Shown: one piece after another, positions 52,617 through 64,000 of the stretch
How the letters are laid out: each line of letters opens with the position of its first letter
Numbering within the stretch: the first letter of the stretch is position 1
Assembly (NCBI GenBank): GCA_002269645.1
Contig: NIVC01000244.1
Location: 13,223-77,222 of the forward strand
Origin: Macrostomum lignano
Taxonomy: Eukaryota
Reading direction: 5' to 3'
Length of the DNA: 64,000 nt
The notes under the pieces: generated by a model
What the model saw: only the letters and a program-made list of their open reading frames with translations
The model's database searches: none
What the model was told of the DNA's origin: nothing
Translations under genes and position numbers: made by a program

Positions 52617-52717
52617 AATACCCATGCTTTAAGGGCGTTATTGGGAAAATCAGAGGGCGCCGTTAGGCCGTTAGGCGCCCGAGGATTCCTCATTAACGCC
52701 CTTAAAGCATGGGTATT
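52617..52717. repeat. About 100-bp palindromic (hairpin/mini-MITE) element
   Basis: AATACCCATGCTTTAAGGGCGTTA / TAACGCCCTTAAAGCATGGGTATT, 24-bp perfect inverted repeat. Confidence 0.8.
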
Positions 52718-52767
52718 ACTATTATTGTGCCATAGACATTTGTGTCCTTGACAAAGGGGGACAGAAA

Positions 52768-53245
52768 AATCGGGCGTTAAATGTCATTGTTTAGCAATTT
52801 GACGATCATTATTCACATTTTTAATGCAGAACAATCCACTACTACAAACAATGCATTGTCTGTAGGATCGTCAAACAGAAAAACAATGCAAAGAATCAGC
52901 GGTCGCAGCACGTGACAACGATTTGTCTATGGCTCGCGCCTACCGGCGCTCGCCAGACAATCGTTATCACGCACTGGGACCGCTGATTATTTATCCATTA
53001 ACTGCCCGCTAATTTGCATTAAAGTAAGTTTGACAATGGATAAATTGTCAGGGCTTGCGCTCGGTAGGCGCGAGCCATAGACAAATCGTTGTCACGTGCT
53101 GCGACCGCTGATTCTTTGCATTGTTTTTTTATTTGACGATCCTACATACAATGCATTGTTTGTAGTAATGGATTGTTCTGCATTAAAAATGTGAATATTG
53201 ATCGTCAACTTGTTAAACAATGACAATCGGGCGTTAAATGTCATT
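52768..53245. mobile_element. Foldback element (about 160-bp inverted arms) flanked by a 21-bp direct repeat
   Basis: Arms at about 52783-52945 and 53063-53224; AATCGGGCGTTAAATGTCATT at 52768-52788 and 53225-53245. Confidence 0.75.
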
Positions 53246-54221
53246 ATAGCACAGACATACAGCACAGACATTGTAGCTTTTGTCAAGCTATAAGTTAGAA
53301 AACGGGCACCCAAAGTTGAAATCCTGCAGAATAAAGATGGGTTGGACCATAGACAGCCGCAGATGTCTGGCTGAGAGACAAGTAAGTCTTCGAGTATTGA
53401 ATTAGCCTTTCAACATTGGATTCCGTTTTTCAACTTAGCATGACAAAATTGCAATGCTGCGTAAAACCACGCTGATGGGCCACTCGTGTAATTTATTGTC
53501 ACGTAGCTCGTAGATCAAGCTTACTGGCAATGCTGTGGAGCAACTGTTTTTACCATAAATTCATTGCGTTTGCGTTTAAAAAACCAAAGAAAAAAACGAA
53601 ACGTAACATTACGAATAACTGTTGTCTATTATGTATAGAAAACAGTATTCAGCCCAAGTCTTGATTCATTATGATTCTTAAATTATATTATCATCATATC
53701 CGAAAACATCACTCTACAGTGCAATAGTGCAATTCGAGAACTAATCGATAGTCTGTTAACGTAGTTCTAATGTAGCACCGACAGTGGTTGCCATGTCTCG
53801 AATTGCACTGTCATGCTTTTAGTTGATCACTTTCATCTGCTGTCTAACCAACTACGAGCGGAGCGTATAAAATTCTACGTCTTGAAAAGCAAAACCTCTC
53901 TAAAGTATCATTGACCGTACCCATCTATAGCGTGTTAAGATCTGTCAGTTTAGTCAATGCACAAAACAGCAAATGGCAACAAATGTTTTTTTTCAAGTAG
54001 CGTTTGTTGTTTAAGTACGTACTAACAGTTAATAAAAATACAACACATTCTTGCTTTCTGCTTTTCTTAGTCAAATCGTTTCAGTGTTCACTTTTTGGCT
54101 TTTTATTTGAACCAACAGTATTCACGATGCACGTACCGGCTGTTGAATTTCATTGGACTCTTTCAAATCGGCTCTAGTAGATAATTTAAATATTTAATCC
54201 TATTATCTGACCTCTTTTTCA

Positions 54222-54358
54222 TGATCCGCTCCTTTCCTCTACCTACCCTCTCCTGATCCGCCCCTTTCCTCTGACCTACCCTCTCCTGATCCGCCCCTTT
54301 CCTCTGACCTACCCTCTCCTGATCCGCCCTTTTCCTCTGACCTACCCTCTCCTGATCA
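54222..54358. repeat. 33-bp tandem repeat, about 4 copies
   Basis: TGATCCGCCCCTTTCCTCTGACCTACCCTCTCC. Confidence 0.9.
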
Positions 54359-55241
54359 TCTCTCACCATGCGCTTGGTGGGCTGAGTCAAATGCAATTTA
54401 AAAAATGACTCAGCCATTTCATTTTTAGACCAGGAGGTATTTCAATTAAAGGGCTCAATAGCCTAGAAAAGCTTAAATAGAACTTTGCTAAATTTTGTTG
54501 AACAAGTGACTCGCACAATGCAGGACTCGCTGCTCATCTGAGTAGGGCGCATCTGTTCACTTGTTTGGTAGTGAAACTTGAGCACGCTAGAATCAACACG
54601 AAAGGCACTGGAGTTGCCTTCCGGTTCTGATCTCGTCTGCTGTGCTATGGAATTTTTTTAAGCTTCATAATGCTTTAGCGAGATACATGATTTTCAGTTT
54701 TATTTCACCTGTACTAGAGCACGAGAAGCGTTTCGTCCGTATTGTCGACTGTTGGTTCTGAACCCAAACTCGAACTTCAAACCTGTTGGAGCTGGCGCTG
54801 TTGAACAAACTGGAAGGAACTTCATTAAAGGCTGAAAGAACATCAGCAATGAAAGGCCTGTGGAGCAGAGATGCGAATTTCTATACACCTACAATACATA
54901 CACTAGGCTTAGCTCTTTGAAATACCAGCTAAACAGGTGAAAACGATGCAATTGTCGATTGCATCAATGAAAACTCACGAGCTAAGCCGCCACTCAGGTA
55001 TTTAATACTTTTTATAAGTCCAGCAATTGTTCTCAGTTTGGAACAGAGCGTTCTGACTAAGAAGCTTGCTTACAAAAGGTTTTGTCGCGTATCATCAGAA
55101 TAAAGAAATACGCCTGACCCGCTGCATTTGTGCGGTAAATGTTTTGTGTACTTGCTTCCATTACTCGCATCCTGTATTTCTGTAGCTCAGATCAGAGCTG
55201 CTACCTATCTATAAATTGACCACTCCCTCACAGGTGGGCAA

Positions 55242-55614
55242 TTTTTTTTTACTAGAGGCAGGGGTTGTGTGCACCCTGGCGCACTTTAAGCGACATCAAC
55301 ACACAACCGGCGAGAGGCATTACTATTACTGCCCATTCCGCTGACTCCCCTGAGCAGGCATACAAGCGCGCGGATACGTACGCAGGCACACACTCACACA
55401 GGAGTGTACAGCGGCCCTACATGTAACTTTATATTATCGTTAGGCATGTACACTTCACTGCGCCTTGGGGGTTCGCTCTCAAGGCCGTTAATTGCACGAG
55501 CAGAGCCAAGCCGAGATTCCAATTCAGCCCCAAATTAATGTGACTGCACTTGGAATCGAGCCTTGGTCGCCGGCACACCAGAGCAGCTGCGCTACCGCTG
55601 GGCTACGGCCCCCT
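55242..55614 (-). mobile_element. tRNA-derived SINE family A, full-length with a 14-bp target-site duplication
   Basis: TSD TCACAGGTGGGCAA at 55228-55241 and 55615-55628; T-run marks the poly-A tail. Confidence 0.93.
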
Positions 55615-56037
55615 TCACAGGTGGGCAAGCAGTCAGTTCAGCTGCATGCATGTGTAGAACAACCATCCGCCGAAAAATTTAATTAACTTGCAGTTCTGGT
55701 AATGAACATGCTGAACCAGTGGGAATTCTATCATATAAATGCGGCCCTGCGACATAGCTACTAACAAATAAGTCAGTACTTTCTCAGCAAAACCAATTTA
55801 ATTCGCACGCAATATCCGACAAAGAGCCGTGGATATCAAAATGAGTAGCAATCAAGGAAGACATGAAAAGAGCTGCATCAAAAGGAAGCGTATCCAGCCC
55901 GTATAAAAGCCAGCTGGCCAATAAGGGAGCGCCGACAACCCCATAAAGAGCTAGCATACATAGATCGAGAGCTATAAGGCAACTCCATTGCTCCGGCTGC
56001 CGTGTTGCTAACCTTGAAGTCGACGAGCTGCGGCGTC

Positions 56038-59000
56038 ATGCTCAAGCAGGTAACTCTGCTAATTCTGCTGCTCCTGGCAGCAGCTGGCGGAGCATCTGAC
56101 GACAGGCAGATTGTGCATCTTCTCTGCATCAGCTCCACATCCTCGAGTTTCGCCACCGACTCCGCCTATTTCAACTTCTCTTTTTCTTACATCAACAACA
56201 ATCTCAGTCACCTGTTTCCCGGATTTCAACTCAGTTGTACTACCAAACTGGCTTTGTCGGTAAGCTTTGGTTCCTACCGCGCGTGCATAGCATTCCACGA
56301 TAACAAAACTGATTGAGGGGCAGAGCCTCTCACGCCGCGACCCCTGGTTTGACTCCGTGCTCCTAAAAGCACAGAAGGTGTACGCGCCAGACAGTTTGAA
56401 ATTTAGGGCTACAAAGCTGCTGTATGAGTGCGTACCTACGGATAGGAGTCAGCGGAATGAGTAGAATTGCATCAGTGTAGGCCGATATCGCCAAAGGCGT
56501 TGCCCAAGTTGCCCAAAACTCCCCTGAGAGGTTTAATTTATTTCATCTTTAAGAGCTGTTCAGTTCTTATAGTTCTAAAATTAAAATATTTAGGAAATAC
56601 AAATACAGAAACGAAGGTTTATGAAGAAAGAGTCTAAAAAGGGTAATTGGGAACTACGGCAACCTACAAAATACATTTTGCAGGAACTCTGCCTGTTTTC
56701 TAGCAGAAAAATATTTTCCTGTTTTCACCTTCTGTTCCTTTCTGCTTCAAATACCTGCGCACAGGAGGCCACTGGCAGCGCCGCCAAGGCATTCATAGAC
56801 GGATACCTGCAGCCGCCAAACAAAGCCCTAATTCTGGGTGCAGCATTCTCGCAGCAGTCGCAGATTGTTGCAGACATTGCCAAGTACTATTACCTGCCAC
56901 AGGTGAGTCTAATTGAGCTGTGAAATTTGCGACGAGCTTGCCATGATAATGAAACCGTTTGTCAGCTTACTTTTTTGTATTCACAACATTGCTACCGTTT
57001 TTCCAGCTTTCACCCTCTCCACTCTCATCTCGATCACTCTCACGTCCTCAACAGCTCATACAGCAAAACTGCTGCATGTGGCTCATAAATGTCTCATTGG
57101 GTCAAGATTCAAGAGAAGAAGCTATTAAGATCACAGCCTCATTCAAATTATGATATATATAGCGTTCAAAAGGCTGCCGATGGTTTGAATCAGATCTTAT
57201 GCCAAAATAGTGTGCGTTTTTTGCGCTCGCATATTCAGCTCTGACAGACTATCGGCACCTGCATGCGCACTAAAAAGAGTTCGCAAGTTCCTTAAATGAC
57301 ATTGAGGCGAAATTTAGCTAACCAATTCACAGAACAGATGGCTGAGAGATTTAATTTTGAATTTCTGTCGGCAGTACCAGCTAGATTGCCTCCTAGATTG
57401 CCAGCTATAGATATCGCAGTCTAATTGCAGTCGCACAGACATGGGCTAGAATTTCAATGCGGAATTTCCCCTTTGATGTCACACTCATCAGCATTAGCCC
57501 TGCTCGAGAAGATGTCTTTGAATCCAGAAGCGAATCATTTTACGGATCAAGGTAATTCAATAAATTTTCGCTACCATAAAACTGTCGCAATTTTAAATAT
57601 GCGACAAGTATTTGCTGGGCAAGTTCGAAAAAAATCGATTGAGCCGTTTTTACTTTAATCGATCAGATAGACACCGACAAACCATTTTTAGTATATGGAT
57701 TAGTCGCAAACTCCCAAGAAGGAAGTAAAGTAAATCATTCGGAAACCATTTTAGATTGGCTACGCGAATAGCTCGCCAGCGCTGAGCGACAAGTCCTCCT
57801 ACCCGTTTTACATTCGTATGCCAATTACCAACAACCTGTTCATTCAGCCCACCATTGAGTTATTGAAGCGATTCGGCTGGAAGAAGATCGCCTTGATAAC
57901 GTCTGACCACGAGATTGTCTATCCGGTGAGTTAAGCTGTGCGCGTTGTATGTCGATGTCTTGTGGATTACTCACGTAGGCTTACTCGTGTGACACTATGA
58001 CGCTCGTAATATGTTACATATCGTATAGGCTAGAAGTCATTCGCAACTGCATTAGTCTAGTAGTACGAGCAGCTTGATCAAAGAATAATGTACGAGCGCG
58101 CATTAATTCCAGTCAAAATAATAACTTGAAATATTCAGATTGCCCGGAAACTGGAAGACGCTTTACAAAGAAGCAATATAACGTCCTATCAGAAGATGAT
58201 ATTCAAAGGCGATCCGACGGAGTCCATTTCTACTTTGCTGGTTTGTTTCTACTTTTGCCTTTTTCACCTGCCTAATTTTACCTTGCATTACACATTTAAA
58301 ATTTTGTAAAAAAATCGACATCGACTGCAGAAGAGCAACTATCGAATCTTCATAGCGATTCGCATCGCTCCGTTCGAAGACTACGGCAAGAGATTAGAGT
58401 GCGTGGTAAGTCCAGCAGGAATGCAGGTTTTGAAATGTTTCAACTGCACTCAAACTGCGGATGCGGATGCAGATGTGGATGTGGATGAGGATGAGGATGA
58501 GGATGAGGATGCGGATGTGGATGTAGATGTAGATGTGGATGAGGATGCGGATGTGGATGCTGATGTGAATGCAGATGTGGATGTGGATGAGGATGCGGAT
58601 GTAGATATGGATGCAGATGTGGATATGGATGAGGATGCGGATGTGGGTATGGATGCGGATGTGGATGTGGATGAGGATGCAGATGTGGATGCAGGTGTGG
58701 ATGCGGATGCGGATGCGGATGCGGATGCGGATGCGGATGCGGATGCGGATGCGGATGCGGATGCGGATGCGGATGCGGATGTGGACGCGTGTGTTGATGC
58801 GGACGCAAATGCAGATGCAAATTTAAATTGAAACGCGAATGCAAATGTGGATGCAAATGCTAATTAACGTGATTTTTAACAGCATCTGCTAATTGTTAAA
58901 TTTAGAGCCTCTTACTAACTAGACAGGCTCAGTCAGGTGGAAAAATCAAGCCGTATGAGTTACAATCTGAATGACATGAGACTGACAGAAAATAAATCAG

Positions 59001-59410
59001 TAGAAAAAACGAAAAATTTTACAGTTTTCTAGTCCCGCAATTCTTTAATTAACTTTTAGGCTTCACTAAACACAGGATAAAAAAAATATCGAAGCTATCA
59101 ATAGAAGCTTCATCACACAGAAAACATGCTACATGCATGATCTGAAGCAAGCATTTAAATTGAAGCTTTGAGGATTATCCAAGCTCATTAAAAAGCCATT
59201 TCGTTACCCCCGCAAACCCAGATCAAGAGCCTGGGCGCCTACGGGCCAAAATATTTCTGGATTCAAATCGGGCTGATCTTCACCGACCTGCCGCTGAACG
59301 GTTCCTGTCCAGACTCTGAGCGGGCCGCCAGCCTCGAGGGCTCCATTGAGTTTGACAGCGTGGTCATGGACCCGACCATGATGGAGTCGGAGATCGGCGT
59401 CGCCGGCAAG
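56038..59410 (+). CDS. Second GABA-B-receptor-like class C GPCR (tandem paralogue), first six exons: 56038-56259, 56765-56902, 57755-57925, 58139-58240, 58331-58405, 59222-59410; the remainder is not in the window
   Basis: Signal peptide [20 protein letters not shown]; [25 protein letters not shown]|[21 protein letters not shown]; exons 2-5 have exactly the same lengths (138/171/102/75) and phases as in the first gene. Confidence 0.88.
58457..58860. repeat. Imperfect hexamer repeat (GATGCG/GATGTG)n in intron 5 of the second GPCR gene
   Basis: Directly visible. Confidence 0.95.
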
Positions 59411-59535
59411 GTTGTTAATGTAAACGATTTCTTGTGCTTCTAATCAGAAATTCTAAGCAGAGATTTCTTGTTTAAAATAGTTATACGTGAATAGCCAATG
59501 CATGGCTGTTTTGTCCTTATATGCATATTAATATA

Positions 59536-61100
59536 GGTTTTGACAATCAATATGAGAAAATGGACAATCAAAATGAAAACAGCCGTAGATCTGCATGCAG
59601 CAGTTCAGCTCAGCTTCGCAGCAGCTGCGGCTTAGGCCATAGACTTTTGACGATCGAAATGAGAATTGGACAATCAAAATGGCAACGCGCGGTTAGTTTA
59701 GCGAGGCAGCACATTTAAGCATTAGCCAGCCATCTTTCTCAGCCATCTCTCCAGTTTGCTGGTGATGGCACCACCTGTGAGTTCAGATGACAGACGTCGG
59801 CTCATCGAGGCAATAGATCGAGGCACACCGGTCAAGGACGCAGCAATAATCCTTCAGCTGTCAAGTTCAGCTGCTCATCGCATCGTGAGGCTGTACAGGA
59901 ATGAGGGAAGGATGAACGGTATGCCTCGTGGAGGCTGAAAAGAAGCAAGGTGCAAGGTGGATGAGGAGATTCGTGAATTTCTGGAAGCAGAGGTGAACCG
60001 CAACCCGTTCCTCACCCTGAGCGAGATGGCACAGCGGGTCAACAACAATTTACCGGACAAACTGGACATCTCGTACAGAACTGTGGACAGAACTCTACAG
60101 GGACTGATGTAGACAGTTAAGCTGGCCACCAAGGGCACGGATGTGCGCTCGAGAACGAACAGCCAGGAGAACATTGAGGCTCGGCGAGAGTACGCAGAGT
60201 TCGTGCTGAATTTGGACCCTGCAGTACGGTTGGTGTTTCTCGATGAAACGGGATTCAATTTGTGGACCAGACGATCACAGGGTCGCAGCCTGAAAGGTGA
60301 AAAGGTCAGGCGAAGGGTCACAACGCAGCGCGGACCAAATGTGACTGTTTGCATGGCGATAATCGCTGAGTTTGGCCTCGTGCACTCATCGGTGTTCCGA
60401 GGAGGCCAGACGAACGCCAGATTTCAGATCTTCATCGACGAACTGAGCGAGGAATGCCACCGTCTTGATGCTGCGGCTTCGTGGATTGTCGTGATGGACG
60501 GTCCGCATTTCCATCGAGCAGCGCGCATTCCGCAACATCTGCAGCACGCTGTGTCCATCCGCATTCTTCCGGGATATTCAACTTTTCTGAACCCTTCGGA
60601 ATTCGCCAACAGTTGCCTCAAGGCCTAGATCAAAAGCAGACTGGCGCAGCCTGACATCGTTGAGGAAGAGGCAGTTTCCCCAGAAGGTGTGAACCAGGAA
60701 GAGTGGCGTTACATGCTGCTGGAGAGAGTGGCGCGTGAGTCATTGCCTGAAGCCGTGACTCCGGACAAGGCAGCTGCGTGGGAATTGCGCTGCTTCCGTC
60801 AGCTTGGACGCTGCCTTGCTGGGCAGGAGTTCTGAACCTATGCTGCTGGACTGCTGTGTTTCCATCATTTTTCTGACTGTGTTGTCATTTCTGTTGTCAA
60901 TTTCTCGTTTCTATTGTTAAAATTTCATTCAATAAACGTGCACTCCTGTTGCCATTTTGATTGTCCAATTCTCATTTCGATCGTCAAAAAGTCTATGGCC
61001 TAAGCCGCAGCTGCTGTGAAGCTGAGCTGAGCTGCTGCATGCAGATCTACGGATTTTTTCATTTTGATTGTCCATTTTCTCATATTGATTGTCAAAACGA
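59536..61100 (+). mobile_element. IS630/Tc1/mariner-superfamily DNA transposon, full-length, inactive
   Basis: About 150-bp TIRs (59537-59686 / 60950-61098); TA dinucleotides flank both ends, although the outermost bases differ. Confidence 0.92.
59765..60835 (+). pseudogene. IS630/Tc1-type DDE transposase, 356 codons, three in-frame stops (59936, 60110, 60626) and no frameshift
   Basis: HTH N-terminus; LVFLDETGF, IVVMDGPHFH and LPGYSTFLNPSE motifs, all in one frame. Confidence 0.9.
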
Positions 61101-61603
61101 TACAAGGTGGTCAGTCAACGCCTGGTTGCTAGAATAACTCGAGATGAAAGACAAACTATATGCTGCGCTATTGAAACGATGAAACGAAAAGGCTTGAGCG
61201 AGATGCTCTGGGTCGATATATTTAATGAGCTGAGTGAAAGCGTACAATACACGTGAGCGTAATGTGGAGTGGGGCGATCAGTGAAGAATGAAAGTGGTGC
61301 GATCAATAATTAGGGACTGTACGTATGAGCAAAATAAATATGTTAGTCTAATTGAACGTACATGTAGCTATTGCAAACGAAAAGTTTAAGAAATACCACG
61401 AGACAGTGGCAGCTCCAGAACATACCCCCACCTTGACATGTCTATGGCAAAAACAAAATAATGATGCAAAAATGTAATTTTGAAAATGAGTGGCAGTGGA
61501 AGCAAACCTATGAAATAAAGATGCAGAAGAAGTTACGACGCAGAACTTACGCATTTCGTACTTGTACAAAGACTTGACTAAACAAAATTGTCTTGCTGGG
61601 CTC

Positions 61604-62004
61604 TGTTACAGTACCGAAAATGTAGAAAAAGAAAAGAAACGCGCTTGAGTTCGAAACATAAACTGCAGTTGCATTTCACGAAAAATGATTTTAAGACAAT
61701 CAACCCATTACCAGAGAGTGATGTGATTACAAGACAAAGGACAACGTGAAATTGCGATGCGACATGGTTAAATTTGGACTACGATATAAATAATAATCGA
61801 TTTAAAAAAATTAACAACCTAAATTATGAAGGCAAACACCAAACTCAAAATTTAAACATGACCGAAATAAACGTATTTGATAAACAAACAAACTAAAACT
61901 AAACAATCATTCGCACACCGCAAAAAAACGCTGTCTAGAAAGTGACAAAAATGATAATGACAAATTGACGAAAATGAAAATACGAATCGACACGGGGATT
62001 AACA
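61604..62004 (-). mobile_element. Probable 3' LTR of the BEL/Pao element
   Basis: TGTTA...TAACA termini located 30 bp past the pol stop; the partner LTR is outside the window. Confidence 0.5.
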
Positions 62005-62034
62005 GTCCATCAATCAGTGAGTCATAGTCAGCCT

Positions 62035-64000
62035 TCAATCAGTAATCAATGGGCACAGTCTGTTGATTAGCCGCGTCAGAACCTTGTCCGCCAGCTGCAC
62101 CTTTGCTACTCGAACATGGCCGTCTCGACCCGGGTACACCTCCAGGACTCGAGCCAGAGGCCAGTGACCCGAGGACTGTCCGGACAGACATACAGCACGA
62201 CGTCCCCGGGCTTGAGGTCGGGCTGCTCTCGCCGCCATTTGGTTCTCGCACCGAGGCCGGGCAGCCAGTCTCGGAGCCATCGCCGCCAAAACGACTGCAC
62301 CAGCTGCTGCACGTAGCGCCACCGCTTGGTTGGGTTGAACACCTCGTCAGCCGAGATCTCCGGTGCCAGCTGTCCGCCAACGTGCCCGTACAGGAAGTGC
62401 GCTGGCGTCAGGACCGGATCGTCACCAGGATGGGACGACTGGTAGGTCAAAGGCCGTGAGTTCAGCAACGACTCCGCTCCAGAAAAAGCAGTCACAAGCT
62501 CCTCATCAGTTACTTCTGCTTTTCTTAGGATCGCATTGATCGCCCTCTTTGCCGACTTTATCATGGACTCGTGCACACCTCCGAAATGTGGAGCCGCAGG
62601 CGATTGAAGTGCCACTTAATCCGAACGTGAGATGTGCGCGACTGCAAAGAGTTTTTGTCCATCGCCTTCCAGAGCTCATTCAGCTCTCTATCCGCGCCAA
62701 CCCAACAAAATTGGTTCCGTTGTCAAATAAATTTCCTCAACTTGTCCTCGGCGGTTGATCATGCGGAACAAAGCATTTAGGAAGCTGCTTGTATCAAGGC
62801 CGTACGCCATCTCTAAGTGAACTGCACGCGTGGCCATGCAAGTGAAGAGCGCCAAGTATCTTTTCTGCCGAACACGTCCCGACCCTGCTTCGTCAGAAAC
62901 GGTCCTCCGAAGTCGAGTGAGACTCTTGTGAACGCTCTTAACGGTTCTAGCTGACCTGGAGGCAATGGCGCCATCAACTGTGAAGCTTTGGGCTTTTCTT
63001 CTTTTGCATTCAGCACACTTGGCCTCCCAAGCTCGAATTGCCTCTCGGCCTGCTGGGATCCAAAATCGAGCAGTCACTGCGCGAGCACTTGGTTGGTGCC
63101 GGCGTGATACGCTTGTTCGTGATGGTGCTTGATGATCAGCTCCGTTACCGGATGGCACTTCGGCAAGATGATCGGCGATCTGACGCTAACAGGCAGTGCC
63201 TCGGCGAGCTGGAGGCGACTTTCCGAACGGATGACGTCACTCAGGTCAAGTTTTGGATGCAAGCCAGCTAGTTTGCTACTCTCAGCAACACTCTTATTCT
63301 TTCTCAAAGCAGCAAGCTCCGCACTAAATGCATCTTTCTGCGCCTCCTTAATTACTCTCAGCTCCGCATCCTCCAGCTCCGATGGTTGCAGCTCTCCTCG
63401 AATTCGATACTGGGGTTCGAGTCGGCAATTGTTGGCGAATCTGCTAATCAGGCACTCAACCGCACGAAACGCGTCCAACGGGAGAACCTGCTAGGGTCAA
63501 GCCGCTCTATTCCCTTTGGTGGCTCGCAGCGAGCAAGAGTCGTACACATGACAGTTTCAGCCGCACCAGAATCTTTCACAGAGTTTCTTATCTCTAGGTT
63601 CTCTGGTCGCTCCAACAGAGTGCTTGGCCAAGTGCAGTCTTCGTGCTGTAGAAATTCCGGACCGCTTTTCCATTTCTGATCCTCGGCTAGCTGAACTATT
63701 GTTGCTCCTCTTGACAGCAGATCGGCAGGATTGCACGCCGTTGGCACGTGTCTCCACTGGTTCGGATCAGTTGTCTGCTGGATTTCTCCGATGCGATTCG
63801 CAACAAAAGGCTTGAAAAAACGGCCTCTACCTCGAATCCAAAAGAGGACGTTCTGCTGTCTGTCCAGAAAACTGCATCTTTGATGCTTATCTCCAGCGCC
63901 TTGGCAACCTTGACGGTTAGATGCAGCCCAGTGAACGCTGCCATCAACTCCAGCCTTGGGATGCTCATGGTTGCTACGGGTGCGACTCGAGACTTCGCAG
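62035..64000 (-). mobile_element. BEL/Pao LTR retrotransposon pol remnant (RNase H region plus integrase), frameshifted; continues beyond the right edge
   Basis: SIPRLELMAA...VFWTDS, PTACNPADLLSRG, PIILPKCHP...[58 protein letters not shown] and [18 protein letters not shown], spread over several frames. Confidence 0.93.

Overview
Eukaryotic (metazoan) genomic DNA with GT-AG introns. The Ala/Pro/Gln-rich proteins and the different minisatellite in almost every intron resemble an invertebrate such as the flatworm Macrostomum; this is inference and cannot be verified from the window. Genes: (1) the first exon of a minus-strand type II membrane protein gene (2307-3093) that runs off the left edge; (2) a complete minus-strand par-3/bazooka gene (34157 to 8231, 9 exons, N-terminal oligomerisation domain plus 3 PDZ domains); (3) a complete plus-strand, 14-exon, divergent GABA-B-receptor-like class C GPCR gene (41146-50352, about 743 aa); (4) the first six exons of a tandem paralogue with the same exon architecture (56038-59410). 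Mobile DNA: a 5.8 kb CCC...GGG TIR element (CMC/EnSpm-like) in par-3 intron 3, carrying a hairpin-rich duplicated module, a 30-copy 58-bp array and a spliced cargo ORF; two tRNA-derived SINE families; two RTE-like LINE remnants; a full-length but stop-riddled IS630/Tc1-like transposon and a deleted relative; several MITE/foldback elements; and the 3' part of a BEL/Pao LTR retrotransposon. A 2.5 kb AT-rich CpG desert lies just upstream of par-3. No CRISPR array, rRNA or intact tRNA gene was found. All exon calls were made by eye from splice consensus, frame continuity and remembered family motifs; no database search was run.
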